A DNA stretch of 64,000 nt from Promethearchaeota archaeon (GCA_030603385.1 JAUVXW010000007.1:64001-128000); one strand, 5' to 3'; numbered from the stretch's first letter, positions 50,544 through 61,289 are shown. The notes: generated by a model not told the origin, from the letters alone. Numbers and translations: made by a program.

Positions 50544-51554
50544 ATGACTTCTTTAAGAATTACAACACCTTGTCGGATACATCTTTCTTTAATAGATGAG
50601 AATGGCTATACTGGTAGAGTTGATGGGGGAATTGGTCTTATGTTAGACCGTCCTAATGTAGTATTTGAAGCTTCAAACAGTGCAAAAGAATTTAAAATTG
50701 AAGCTCATAAATATTATCGAGAATCGATTGAAGTAATAAATGAAATTGCTTCTAAAGTTTTTAAAACATTTAATATTAGTAATAAAAATTTTCACTTCAA
50801 ACTTAGAAGATATTTTCCTTCACATGTAGGATTAGGCTCAAAAACTCAATTATCTTTGGCAATAGCTTGTGCAATAACAAAATTAAAGAATCTTAATCGT
50901 TTAACTACTGAACAGTTAACCCAATTAGTAGAAAGAGGAGGCACTTCTGGAATTGGATGGAGGGGTTTTGAAACTGGAGGTTTTATTTTAGATGGTGGAC
51001 ATGATTTTGGAAAAGGTAAAGAGAAGGAAACTTTTTTACCATCATCAGCCACGTCTTCAGTTAATCCCGCATTGACTATTTCAAGACATAATATTCCTGA
51101 AAATTGGAGATTTGTTTTAGTAATACCTAATATAAGAAAAGGGGCATATGGGGATGAGGAAATAAGAGTTTTCCAAAATTATGCCCCAATTCCCAGAAGC
51201 GAGGTAAATGAGGTATCTCATCAGATATTAATGAAGATTATTCCAAATTTAATCAAAAACAATCTAAAGGGCTTTGGAGAAGGTTTAAAAAGAATTCAGA
51301 GCTTAGGTTTTAAAAGAATTGAAATTGAACTTCAACATGATATTGTTAAAAATCTTTTAAAATTTTTTGATAATTATGGTTTAAAAGCATATGGAATGAC
51401 CTCATTTGGACCTAGCGTTGTTGGAATCGTAGAATCCGATACAGAAGCAGATGATCTCTTAAAAGCAGTTCAAAAAAATCAAAAAAATCGAGGAGGTCAT
51501 ATCTATATCTGTAAACCGAATAATACTGGAGCAAAAATTGAATATATTGATTGA
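50544..51554 (+). CDS. mptG: Beta-ribofuranosylaminobenzene 5'-phosphate synthase (GHMP family)
   Basis: TPCRIHLSLID, RVDGG.G, HVGLGSKTQ, RGGTSGIG, GGFILDGGH, GMTSFGP. Confidence 0.9.
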   Translation: MTSLRITTPCRIHLSLIDENGYTGRVDGGIGLMLDRPNVVFEASNSAKEFKIEAHKYYRESIEVINEIASKVFKTFNISNKNFHFKLRRYFPSHVGLGSKTQLSLAIACAITKLKNLNRLTTEQLTQLVERGGTSGIGWRGFETGGFILDGGHDFGKGKEKETFLPSSATSSVNPALTISRHNIPENWRFVLVIPNIRKGAYGDEEIRVFQNYAPIPRSEVNEVSHQILMKIIPNLIKNNLKGFGEGLKRIQSLGFKRIEIELQHDIVKNLLKFFDNYGLKAYGMTSFGPSVVGIVESDTEADDLLKAVQKNQKNRGGHIYICKPNNTGAKIEYID

Positions 51555-51946
51555 TTCGAATGCCTAATGATAAAATATATTTTTCACCTGATTTAAGCGC
51601 AAGAGAGAGGGCGTGCTTTGAAACCGGTATTAAACTAGGTGCTCTTTATCATATTTTATCTGGAATTCCTATAAATTCAGATGAAAAGACCATTAGTTCC
51701 ATAGAAAGAGGATTTGAAGCAGCTATCTCATGTCAACCATTCGTTAAATCTGTTAGAATTGTTTTAGATAGAGACAAAATTATTGGTACCAAATTCACAG
51801 AATTTGATTATGACGAAATTACAGGAAAAATTATCCGCGCAGAAGTAGTTCTTAAATATGAGAATATTGAAGTAAGCGCAAAAATAGATTGGATTGAAGA
51901 AATGCAGTATCCTCTCATGTTTATTGAAAAGATTCAAGAAACGTAA
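51551..51946 (+). CDS. mptD: Archaeal dihydroneopterin aldolase
   Basis: RERACFE.GIKLGALYH..G.P, AISCQPFV, YPLM. Confidence 0.88.
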   Translation: MIRMPNDKIYFSPDLSARERACFETGIKLGALYHILSGIPINSDEKTISSIERGFEAAISCQPFVKSVRIVLDRDKIIGTKFTEFDYDEITGKIIRAEVVLKYENIEVSAKIDWIEEMQYPLMFIEKIQET

Positions 51947-51962
51947 TAGTCAAATAATAAGA

Positions 51963-52667
51963 TTAATCCATTAATTTACTTATATATTTATTTACTAATT
52001 CTATAGTTTTTAGTGCATTTTCATTTTTTCCAAATCTTTCAATATTTTCCACATGATCGATTATTTTTTCATGGACTTTAGAAAGAAGAGGTTGGTTTTT
52101 GTTTTCTTTGGCAATTTTTAAACGGGTTGCTAAAATAATTGTTTCTAAAGCTAGATTTTCTGCTCTGTTGAATAATTTACTCGATTCTTGAAATTTTTCA
52201 GAATAAATAACATCTAATTTAAACACTGGTATTGTAGTTTCTCCGAACTCATCTGACTTAGTTTTTTGAAATTCACGTGAAACCTCACCTATTAGAATTC
52301 CCCATGCCTTCTTTATATAAGGCACATCCAACACATGAGATTCTAAATATTTAAAATCATAATAATTTGAAGGAAAATCTATCAAACCAATAGGAGAATT
52401 TGGCTCTTTTAAAGCTGCTAGAGCATATAAATAAACATTATCAACGAAGTTAATAGCGATCGTACCGTATTCTTTAAGATTCTTATAGGTAGTCGTGCTA
52501 TAGAAAGGCGATATCTGAATTTGATCTCCCTCTATCATCCTAATACCCATACAGGAAGCATTAGGCTTAATATCTTTATCTTCTGCTGTTGTAGAATAAG
52601 TTGTAGCAATAATTTCATATAAATTATCTTTCTTCAACCCAAAATCTTGATAATCAAACATTTTCAT
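51963..52667 (-). CDS. DUF447-family protein
   Basis: YEIIATT, PNA.CMGI, STTYKNL, INFVD, NRAENLALE.IILATR. Confidence 0.8.
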   Translation of the reverse strand: MKMFDYQDFGLKKDNLYEIIATTYSTTAEDKDIKPNASCMGIRMIEGDQIQISPFYSTTTYKNLKEYGTIAINFVDNVYLYALAALKEPNSPIGLIDFPSNYYDFKYLESHVLDVPYIKKAWGILIGEVSREFQKTKSDEFGETTIPVFKLDVIYSEKFQESSKLFNRAENLALETIILATRLKIAKENKNQPLLSKVHEKIIDHVENIERFGKNENALKTIELVNKYISKLMD

Positions 52668-52735
52668 TTAATACTATTACTATTGTTATTTTCTTCATTT
52701 TGTCATTTTTAATTTCTCTATGGAAGAGTAAGAAG

Positions 52736-53614
52736 TTAAAGAATAAATTTGGTCACCTTAGGCCTTGTTTCAATTTCAGGGTAAATTTTCCCAGTAATAG
52801 GGGGAGAACTGTTGTATATTTCTTCAATATCTATTAATCCAAATTCAATATCTTCGACTTTTTGAATACTGGTAAAGGTTCCTTTTACAACTTGACTGGC
52901 CATATCGAAATTAGCACCAATTACAGCGACTTTTGAATTAACGGGAATCTGTAATAAATCTTCCTTCGAAGCTGCTAATGGGAAATATAGTCTATTATAA
53001 TCAACAGTATTTATTTGAAGATTTGGTATAATTAAAGGATAACCATCAGAAGAATCAATATATGCAATCGCTCTAACACCTATTGGATCTGAAAATAACT
53101 TATATCCTATAACATTTAATCGTTTCTCCTCTAGTCCGGTTTTTGCTTCTTTTCTAATAGTTCTAATAATTTTTCGTGGTATACTACTAGGTGGTAAATT
53201 TCTAATGGGAGTTACAGCAATAACCTTATTATAAAAGACTTTATAGACGTTAATATACGTAAAATAACGAAAAAACTCTGATCGATTAAAATAATCAAGG
53301 TCTTCTCCTTTGGTTTTAGTATGAGTAAAATCAGCTTTTACTTGAATAAATTTAAATGGAGGTTGTGCAGTCATATAAAAAATTCCTTGCTTTGGATTTT
53401 TTTGTACATTTTCCTTACTAGTACCAGCAAAAAATTGTCCCCATACTATTTGATCCCTACTTATCGCCCGATTTGATGTAATAATAGTAATATGGGGCCA
53501 TCCCCGTGAATCTATAGTTGAGACTAATTTTACCATTACATCTGGTTGAGTAAAATCAATAAGTTTATCTGAAAATTCAGGAACCCAACCTAATTTATTA
53601 TTATTTTCCCTCAT
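52736..53614 (-). CDS. Tandem pyridoxamine-5'-phosphate oxidase-like (split-barrel) protein
   Basis: KLVSTIDSRGWPHIT...SKENVQKNPK; second repeat AYID..GYP.IIP. Confidence 0.7.
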   Translation of the reverse strand: MRENNNKLGWVPEFSDKLIDFTQPDVMVKLVSTIDSRGWPHITIITSNRAISRDQIVWGQFFAGTSKENVQKNPKQGIFYMTAQPPFKFIQVKADFTHTKTKGEDLDYFNRSEFFRYFTYINVYKVFYNKVIAVTPIRNLPPSSIPRKIIRTIRKEAKTGLEEKRLNVIGYKLFSDPIGVRAIAYIDSSDGYPLIIPNLQINTVDYNRLYFPLAASKEDLLQIPVNSKVAVIGANFDMASQVVKGTFTSIQKVEDIEFGLIDIEEIYNSSPPITGKIYPEIETRPKVTKFIL

Positions 53615-53641
53615 AATTCATCAATTTATTTAATATTATTT

Positions 53642-54646
53642 TTAATCTACATTATCAACAAGATGGTGATCTTGATTTTTCATTATGTTTTCATTGCTTT
53701 CTATACTCCTTATCAGTCCAGACCAATGAGGATTTTTAACACCAGTAGATTCGGCAATATTGAGAAAATGTTCCATTTCTTCCTTTTTCATTAATAAAAC
53801 GTCTTTTAACGACCAATCTATATTTAATCTCTCATACTTTGAGACACAAAGGTTATTAAAAGAAAGAAGATCCCATCTTTCAGGAAAATTATTTAATTTA
53901 TTTACAATGAACTCTCCTATTCCTTTAAGATTTTCCTCAATAGCAGTATAAAGGGGGATAATTGGAGTTCTTATCCACATTTTTTTACCATTTCCTTTTA
54001 AATAATTAGAAATCCAAATAGCGTTTTCCAATATTGCTTCATTAGGTACTCCTGTAAATTCCTTATGCTTATCAGAATCTATATGTTTGATATCTAAAAG
54101 CACTAAATCTACATAGGGTAAAATTTGTTTATAAACCTTTTTAGAAGCATATCCACATGTGTCTACAGCAGTAGATATGCCATTTTCTTTACATTTTTTC
54201 AAAAAATCAGCTACAAAATCAGGTTGTTGTGTGGGTTCACCCCCTGAAACAGTTATTCCTCCATTAGATTCAGTGTAATAAACCTTATCTTTTTCAATTT
54301 CATAGAAAAGATCCTCTAACTTCCACCATCTACCTAACATATTTAATGCGGTAGAAGGGCATTCCACAACGCACTCTCCGCATTCAGTACATTTTTCTCG
54401 ATCAATATTCAGTCCATTCTTATCAAAGGATAATGCTTTTTGTTGACATGTTTCTATGCATGTCTTGCATCCAATACATTTATGCTTAAACCATTCAAGT
54501 TGAGGAATTTTAAGTATAGATTCAGGATTATGACACCATATGCATTTTAATGGACAATGCTTAAAAAACACAGTTGTTCTGATGCCTGGACCATCCTCAG
54601 TTGAAAATTTCTGAATTTGAAAAATTAAAGCTTCAGATGCAGCCAT
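53642..54646 (-). CDS. Glycyl-radical enzyme activating protein with ferredoxin insert
   Basis: IQKFSTEDGPGIRTTVFFK.CPLKCIWCHNPE, two CxxCxxCxxxC, SGGEP; ATG at 54646 preferred. Confidence 0.93.
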   Translation of the reverse strand: MAASEALIFQIQKFSTEDGPGIRTTVFFKHCPLKCIWCHNPESILKIPQLEWFKHKCIGCKTCIETCQQKALSFDKNGLNIDREKCTECGECVVECPSTALNMLGRWWKLEDLFYEIEKDKVYYTESNGGITVSGGEPTQQPDFVADFLKKCKENGISTAVDTCGYASKKVYKQILPYVDLVLLDIKHIDSDKHKEFTGVPNEAILENAIWISNYLKGNGKKMWIRTPIIPLYTAIEENLKGIGEFIVNKLNNFPERWDLLSFNNLCVSKYERLNIDWSLKDVLLMKKEEMEHFLNIAESTGVKNPHWSGLIRSIESNENIMKNQDHHLVDNVD

Positions 54647-54698
54647 TATCTTAAATTTTTTTAGTTTTAATAATAATTGTAAAATTAATAAAAAATTT

Positions 54699-57203
54699 CT
54701 ACATTCTATGAGATTCTCTTGCGATAATCTCATTTTGTAATTCTCTTCCAATAGCAGTAAAGTATGCGTTATAACCTGTTACTCTAACTAGAAGATTAGT
54801 ATAATTTTCAGGGTGTTTTTGGGCATCTTTTAACATCTCGACATCGAGTATATTGATTTGTAGAGCAGTACCTCCGTTTTCTACATAACCTCTTAAATAA
54901 GCTTTAAATTTTTCTTTATGCTCCGGATCTCTAATTATAGATGGATTAAATGTAATTGTATGACTTGCCCCATTAGGTAAATAATTAATATATTCTCCAG
55001 ATTCAATTTTACCTCCTAATGTCTTACCAACAGAATTAGTAACCGCAGTAGGTCCCTTCATATCAGCTCCATCGGTAGGACAAATAGCATTTGACAGAAA
55101 TGATCCATTATTTCGTCCATTTGGAGTAGCTATTGTATGACTAGCATCAGCTCCTGCCCAATAGTTCCATGATAACATTCCTGGACGATATCGATGGTTA
55201 GTTGGTGTTTTATAAATCCAACATTCTTCTGCCCATGTTTCCATTACCATTCTAGCTAGTTCATCAGCATCATCTTCATCATTTCCATATTTTAGAGCCT
55301 TATTCCTTAAGTATGTTTGCATTATCTCATTTCCTTTAAAGTCACTCATAATAGCATCCTTAATCTGCGCTATTGTATATTTCTTATCTTCATAAACTAG
55401 CTTTTTAATTGCTAATAATGAATCTACTGTTGTAGCAAAACCCACTCCTTCAACAGTAATAAATCTCAATTCAGGACCGCCATTTGTAATATCTAAACCT
55501 TGCTCTATACATCCCCGAACCATCGATGATAAGTATGGAGTACGAATAAAACCTCCTCGAAGTTCTTCGCACATATTATTCAAATCTACAGTATATTTAA
55601 TTATAAATCTGACTTGTTCTTTCCAAGCGTTATAAAATTCCTCCCATGTTTGAAATTTTTCAGTATCTCCCCTTTCTGGTCCGATTTGCTCGCCAAGTTT
55701 AGTAATAATATTATCCCCAGGCATATTTTGTCCATTCCACAATGTTAACTCTATAGATTTAGTTAAATTAGGATTGCAATTTACAGTTCCACTTCTATCA
55801 TTGCCTTGCATTGTGTTTTCCAAACAACCTACTACTCCATAATTCCAAGCTTCTTCTTTAGGTATGCCTTCTTTAATCATTCCAGCAATACTCCTCTCAT
55901 CAAAATTTAGAATGAATGGAGAACCCTGAGCTCTAGCAATCATATCTACTAAAATATCTAAAAGTTTATCAGGAGAATTTCTATGAATCCTTACATTCGG
56001 TTTAGGCTCAAGACTAGGGTACCACGAATCTATAACTTCAAGCATAGTATATGTAAGTTCATTTGTTAAATCCTCTCCATTTGGACCACACCCTGAGAGC
56101 GTTATAATTTGACCAAATGCTGATGTTATTCCCTGTTTACCAGCCTTGATCATTGCATCATATGTTGTATTACAATGAAACCAGAAACTACCTAAAATGT
56201 CTTTTGCAAACTCTTTAGTGATTTTTTTTTGCTCAATAACGTCTTTTTTGTACAAATCCCATAGGTATTGATCAAGTCTCCCAAAAGAAAGGCCTGCTCC
56301 AGGGTAAGATTCTTCAGCCATTACTAACATATGAATGAGCCAAACTGTTTGAACCCCCTGCCAAAAAGTCTCAGCAGGTTCCCATGGCACTCTTTCTAAA
56401 TTTCTTGACATTTGTTCAAGTTCTTGTATTCTTTCAGGTTTAAATGTATCTTCTTTTAATTTTCGACATTCTTCAGCGTACTTTTTTGCTAATTTCCTTG
56501 GAATTTCTGCTGAGATCATCATTGCCCTAAGTTCTTCTCCTTTTGAACCCCTTTTTTCCTCTTCGCTAAGGTTATCGTATGTCTTTCTAGCTTTTTCATA
56601 AATATGTTTAAATCCTTCTTTAACTACTGTTTCATAATCAGGTATAATATGACCTGATGTTGCTCCTAGATTTCCGAAACCAGATTTATGATATTTAAAA
56701 ACAGCTTCTCGATTTTTTATATTTTTTTTCCAATATTCTTTCGCTTCTTCTTCATTAAAACATTTACTTAATTGTGTATTAAATCTCCCACCTGCAATTA
56801 AATCATTTTCAGAAATAATTTCCTGAGGAATATAGTCAAGCATAACTTTTTCGAAAAATATTACTCTTCGTTCGGGTAATGATAATTCCCAAAAATCATC
56901 TGGTAATTCTATTGGTATAGCCATTGATCTAAAAGATGAAGCAAATACACCTTTATCATTTTTTCCCAAAATTTGGATATAACTATATACATCAGGAGAC
57001 ACATAAAAATCTCCCTCATGAAAAACAATATCCCAATCTGTTCCTGTTGTAAATGGCATATATTGGTTATTCCAACCTCGTTTTAATCCCTTAAAGTAAT
57101 AATTTCTAAGCCATTTAGAACGAGGAGAAAGATCATGAGGTTCAGCAATAGTAAATTTAGGCTCTTCTTTTCGATTATCTTGATTTCTATTAATGTTAAT
57201 CAT
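54699..57203 (-). CDS. Glycyl-radical enzyme (PFL2-like, substrate unknown)
   Basis: FGRLDQYL, single-Cys loop VVGCLEN, C-terminal LVRVTGYNAYF. Confidence 0.92.
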   Translation of the reverse strand: MININRNQDNRKEEPKFTIAEPHDLSPRSKWLRNYYFKGLKRGWNNQYMPFTTGTDWDIVFHEGDFYVSPDVYSYIQILGKNDKGVFASSFRSMAIPIELPDDFWELSLPERRVIFFEKVMLDYIPQEIISENDLIAGGRFNTQLSKCFNEEEAKEYWKKNIKNREAVFKYHKSGFGNLGATSGHIIPDYETVVKEGFKHIYEKARKTYDNLSEEEKRGSKGEELRAMMISAEIPRKLAKKYAEECRKLKEDTFKPERIQELEQMSRNLERVPWEPAETFWQGVQTVWLIHMLVMAEESYPGAGLSFGRLDQYLWDLYKKDVIEQKKITKEFAKDILGSFWFHCNTTYDAMIKAGKQGITSAFGQIITLSGCGPNGEDLTNELTYTMLEVIDSWYPSLEPKPNVRIHRNSPDKLLDILVDMIARAQGSPFILNFDERSIAGMIKEGIPKEEAWNYGVVGCLENTMQGNDRSGTVNCNPNLTKSIELTLWNGQNMPGDNIITKLGEQIGPERGDTEKFQTWEEFYNAWKEQVRFIIKYTVDLNNMCEELRGGFIRTPYLSSMVRGCIEQGLDITNGGPELRFITVEGVGFATTVDSLLAIKKLVYEDKKYTIAQIKDAIMSDFKGNEIMQTYLRNKALKYGNDEDDADELARMVMETWAEECWIYKTPTNHRYRPGMLSWNYWAGADASHTIATPNGRNNGSFLSNAICPTDGADMKGPTAVTNSVGKTLGGKIESGEYINYLPNGASHTITFNPSIIRDPEHKEKFKAYLRGYVENGGTALQINILDVEMLKDAQKHPENYTNLLVRVTGYNAYFTAIGRELQNEIIARESHRM

Positions 57204-57330
57204 TTAAAAGATCACAAATTGATATTTCCACTTGAAAATATATTTTAATATTTAATCTAACTAAAATAAAGCAAATTCAATTATAAAATTTTAAATTTAT
57301 AATTATTAGAAATTATTAGAAATTCTAATT

Positions 57331-57861
57331 TTACTTAAGTCTTGCTTCAGAAAGATGTAAATGATCGGTCTCTACTTCTACAAAAGCTTGGAATATTTCT
57401 TTTACTCGTTCATTTTTAGCCTCTGCTGCCGCCTGACCGTAAAATTTTATAGCTCTATCCTCTCTGCTATGGGATTCTTCTAGGTTTGGTTTATATTCAG
57501 AAGCACATTTGTCGTACTTTGGATATTTAACATTTTCCAGTTTTAAAATTTTCTTCCAAACTGAAGCATGTTCAGCTTCTACTTTAGCAAGAATTTTGAA
57601 TATTTTTTGACCATCTAATTCAGGAGTCTTTTTACTCGCACATTTATAAAAGATATTATTAGAAACTTCCACTTCTAAAGCTTTTTCAGCATTCGCTTTA
57701 TCTTTTTCATTTAATTCAACATCCCAAGCACCTGTATCATCATATTCTGTTGATTCTACAAAATATTTTTCGAAAGCTCCACAAAATGGACATCGACTTG
57801 GTGCTTCCTCGCCAATATACGCTTCTCCACATATTTTACAAACATAAACTTTTACAAAAAT
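57331..57861 (-). CDS. Reverse rubrerythrin-like protein (rubredoxin + ferritin-like)
   Basis: Frame extends above tracked GTG to KVYVCKICGEAYIGEEAPSRCPFCGA; two ExxH motifs (EAEH, ETDH); no in-frame ATG/GTG/TTG before the upstream TAA, so ATT/ATA start is likely. Confidence 0.88.
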   Translation of the reverse strand: MFVKVYVCKICGEAYIGEEAPSRCPFCGAFEKYFVESTEYDDTGAWDVELNEKDKANAEKALEVEVSNNIFYKCASKKTPELDGQKIFKILAKVEAEHASVWKKILKLENVKYPKYDKCASEYKPNLEESHSREDRAIKFYGQAAAEAKNERVKEIFQAFVEVETDHLHLSEARLK

Positions 57862-58067
57862 CTCTATCCACCCCTTTTACAAGAAATTTAAAATATATAT
57901 TAAGGTATTAAAAATTCCACAGTTTTTATATTTTTAACTTAATTTCTAAAAACAGATATTGTTAATTGTAAACTAAAAATAATAAACTTTCGACATATAG
58001 AAATATAAAAAAAAATAGGATAAAGAAATATTAATTTCTTATAACACATTAAAAAACTTGTCTGAAT

Positions 58068-59171
58068 TTGCCTGAAAAAAAACTGACTTGTCTTGGAATA
58101 GATCCAGGGTCGAAGAGTTGGGATTTCTTCGGTTTGGAGAATAAAAAAATAATCCTAGACACATCTTTACCCACTAAAGAATTGATAAATGATCCTCAAA
58201 AAGTAATTACTATCATTGATTCTGTCAAAAATCTTGATATGATGGTTGCTCCAAGTGGGTTTGGACTCCCTTTAAAAGATGTAAATGAAATAACTGAACA
58301 AGATATCTTTTTCACATTATTAAAATTTAACCAGAAAGCAAAAAACAAACTTATTGGTCTTGGAGAAGTTTTACGATTGATCAAAGCCCAAAATATACAT
58401 GGAGTTATTGTTCCTGGAGTCAAACATCTCCCTACTGTTCCTAGATATCGTAAAATTAATAAAATTGATATGGGTACTGCTGATAAAATATGTACAGCAG
58501 TAACAGGGATTAAAGATCAAATGGAACGGTTAAGTATTCCTCCTGAAAGTACAAATTTTATTATGGTTGAAATCGGTTATGGATTTACCGCTGTTTTAGC
58601 AATTGAAAACGGGCAAATAATTGATGGTATTGGTGGATCCAATATAATGGGTTTTAGAGCTTGTGGATCTCTTGATGGAGAATTAGCTTATCTAATAAAA
58701 AATATTCATAAAGATAATATTTATAAAGGTGGGGTTGCCTTCATTTCAGGTTATTCTGATTTAAGTTTAAAAGAAATTACATTATTAGCTGAGAAGGATG
58801 AACAAACTAAAACTGCCCTTAAAGCTTATATGTCAAGTGTAAAAAAAGCTGTTTTTGGCATTTCTTCATCTTTTTCACAAAAAAACAAAATAACAGAAGT
58901 TTTATTGGCTGGTAGAGGTTCAAATTTATCATTTTTAAAGGACAAAATGATCCACGGTTTGAGAGACGTTGCACCTGTAAAAATAATGAATTCATATAGT
59001 CAAATAGCAAAACGTGCTGCTCAAGGTGCTGCTTTCATTGCTAACGGGATTCTTGGTGGTGATTTTGAGCCAATAATTAACAACCTAAAAATTAAACAAG
59101 CTTCTGGCTCAATATTAGATGATATTTATATTCCATTTGAAAAAGAAAAGTGGATACGTGATTTAGATTAA
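58068..59171 (+). CDS. DUF1464-family (ASKHA/butyrate kinase-like) protein
   Basis: GIDPGSKSWD, APSGFGLP, PGVKHLPTVP.YRK.NKIDMGTADK, G.IIDG.GG, AAQGAA.IANG. Confidence 0.82.
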   Translation: MPEKKLTCLGIDPGSKSWDFFGLENKKIILDTSLPTKELINDPQKVITIIDSVKNLDMMVAPSGFGLPLKDVNEITEQDIFFTLLKFNQKAKNKLIGLGEVLRLIKAQNIHGVIVPGVKHLPTVPRYRKINKIDMGTADKICTAVTGIKDQMERLSIPPESTNFIMVEIGYGFTAVLAIENGQIIDGIGGSNIMGFRACGSLDGELAYLIKNIHKDNIYKGGVAFISGYSDLSLKEITLLAEKDEQTKTALKAYMSSVKKAVFGISSSFSQKNKITEVLLAGRGSNLSFLKDKMIHGLRDVAPVKIMNSYSQIAKRAAQGAAFIANGILGGDFEPIINNLKIKQASGSILDDIYIPFEKEKWIRDLD

Positions 59172-60747
59172 AATTTTAATAATCACCGGGCAAAATAGCT
59201 ATAACATAATAGAAAAGATAGTTGTTTCTGTAAAAGAACATAGAATAAATATAATTAAAGCACCTACATCAATTTCGGCGTTTCTAACAGAGCAAGAAAC
59301 ATCTTCAATTTTAGAAAAGACACAAATTTTTAACTATGATTTGGTCTTATTACCTGGTTTTGTCCAATGGGATTCATCGAAATTAGAAGAAAATTTTTTT
59401 ATTAAAATTAGAAAAGGACCTGAATTTGCTTCTGATTTACCAGTTATCTTAAAAAATCTAGATCAAATTGAGTTGTCAACCAACCTTCCAGCAAATAGAT
59501 TATTAGAGGTTTCTGGAGAAAGTGAATACCATGATTTTGTAAAAAAACAACTAATAATTGCAAAGGAAGAGCTAGGGTATCATACATTTTATATCAATAA
59601 AGAAAAATCCAATCTAATAATAGGTAGGTATTTACCACCACCAATAATAGCTGAAATAGTAAATTGTACAAATAAAGACAATGATAATATTCTCAAAAAA
59701 GTAAAGCATTATATCGATTCAGGGACAGACATTATAGATATTGGATGTATATCTAATAAACCTAATCCAGAAAGAATTAAGGAAATAATCGACTTAATCA
59801 GGTCTAAATATAATGTTTTAATAAGTATTGATTCTATGGATAGTAAAGAAATCAATGCAGCAATAGATCAAGATATTGATCTTATTCTAAGTCTAGATTT
59901 AGGTAATTACAAAGAATTCTTGAATCTCCCTAAGAATATTCCCATCGTTATTCTCCCTACTAATATGAAACAAGCATATTTTCCTAAAGAACCTGATGTA
60001 CGGGTTAAAAATTTGTTCAAATTGACTGAAATATTACAGAATAGCGGATTTCAAAAATTAATTGCTGATCCCTTATTAGAAACGCCTATCAGCCCGGGAA
60101 TATGTAATTCCTTAGAGACTTATTTTCTTTATAAAAAACAAATTACCCTTGAGAATTATAAAGGGTTTGAACTTCCCCTATTCTTTGGAATTTCAAATGT
60201 TGTTGAACTTATGGATATAGATTCGGTGGGAATAAATGGCCTTTTAGCTAGCATCGCTACGGAGCTAGATATTGGCATTCTTTTTACTGTTGAACACAGT
60301 ACAAAATTAATGGGAGGAGTAAGGGAGTTAAAAGAGAGTTTGAAATTGAATTATATTGCAAAATATAAAGAAACACCACCGATAAATCAAGGATTATCCG
60401 TTTTTAAGGCGAAAGGAAAAACTAGTCAAGAGACACCACATATAAATAAAAAAGGAGCGATCATAGTTGATTCTTTAAATCCTCAATATGATCCAGATGA
60501 GAAAGGGTATTTTAAAATTTATGTAAATCATTATTCTAAACAAATCTACATTTTACATTTTTCAAATACGCATAAACTATTAAATACAATGGTAGGAACG
60601 AATGCTGAAACGATAAGTAAAAAAATAGTAGAATTAAATATAACTGATCATGTACAGCATGTAAATTATCTTGGAAGGGAGTTAAGTAAAGCAGAAATAT
60701 GTTTGCAAACAGGAAAACCATACATTCAAGATGAAAAAATAAAATAA
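59167..60747 (+). CDS. Dihydropteroate synthase-like protein (TIGR00284-like) with C-terminal DUF4346-like domain
   Basis: Frame extends to ATT at 59167 (IKILIITG...), IIAEI, DIIDIG, SIDSM, IADP, GISNVVELMDIDSVGIN, D..GYFKI, H..YLG.EL.KAE...Y.QD. Confidence 0.85.
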   Translation: MKILIITGQNSYNIIEKIVVSVKEHRINIIKAPTSISAFLTEQETSSILEKTQIFNYDLVLLPGFVQWDSSKLEENFFIKIRKGPEFASDLPVILKNLDQIELSTNLPANRLLEVSGESEYHDFVKKQLIIAKEELGYHTFYINKEKSNLIIGRYLPPPIIAEIVNCTNKDNDNILKKVKHYIDSGTDIIDIGCISNKPNPERIKEIIDLIRSKYNVLISIDSMDSKEINAAIDQDIDLILSLDLGNYKEFLNLPKNIPIVILPTNMKQAYFPKEPDVRVKNLFKLTEILQNSGFQKLIADPLLETPISPGICNSLETYFLYKKQITLENYKGFELPLFFGISNVVELMDIDSVGINGLLASIATELDIGILFTVEHSTKLMGGVRELKESLKLNYIAKYKETPPINQGLSVFKAKGKTSQETPHINKKGAIIVDSLNPQYDPDEKGYFKIYVNHYSKQIYILHFSNTHKLLNTMVGTNAETISKKIVELNITDHVQHVNYLGRELSKAEICLQTGKPYIQDEKIK

Positions 60748-60775
60748 AATAGTTGTTGGCTATACTTTAATCCAT

Positions 60776-61063
60776 TTATACTATTTCAAAACAAGTTTTG
60801 AGATCCATACCTTTTTCCAATAAAGGTTGTAATTTCGTCATATTTTTTCCTAAATTAGCCATATGTGCCTTTATCGCATCTCCGTCTTTATATTTCTCAT
60901 ACCATACTATTGTATTTTCTTGATCTTTTACCGTGTGAGGAATATAAGCTAATAAACCTGGCTCGGATGCTCTTACTTTTGGCACAATTTCTTTCAAAAC
61001 TTCTTTTGCTTCTTCCATTTTACCTTCTTTAACGTGAATGGTCGCAATAATTGAAATTGTCAA
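60776..61063 (-). CDS. ABM/putative quinol monooxygenase family protein
   Basis: IATIHVKEGK, SEPG..Y, YEKY.D..A..AH. Confidence 0.85.
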   Translation of the reverse strand: MTISIIATIHVKEGKMEEAKEVLKEIVPKVRASEPGLLAYIPHTVKDQENTIVWYEKYKDGDAIKAHMANLGKNMTKLQPLLEKGMDLKTCFEIV

Positions 61064-61289
61064 ATACTTTATACCTCCAAATTAATGATGAAATTTATAA
61101 TGATAATTCAAATTTAAATGATTTCTAAAGTAAAATTGTAGCAGAGGTCAATTATAGTTTAAAAAAATTCAAGTAAGTTAATTTCACAAAAGGGAAAAAA
61201 TATATTTAAGAATGAAATCTTTAAAAAAATTGCTAAGTTAAATAATCCTATTGTTATAGTAATATAACTAAATTAAAAGGAAGGAAATT

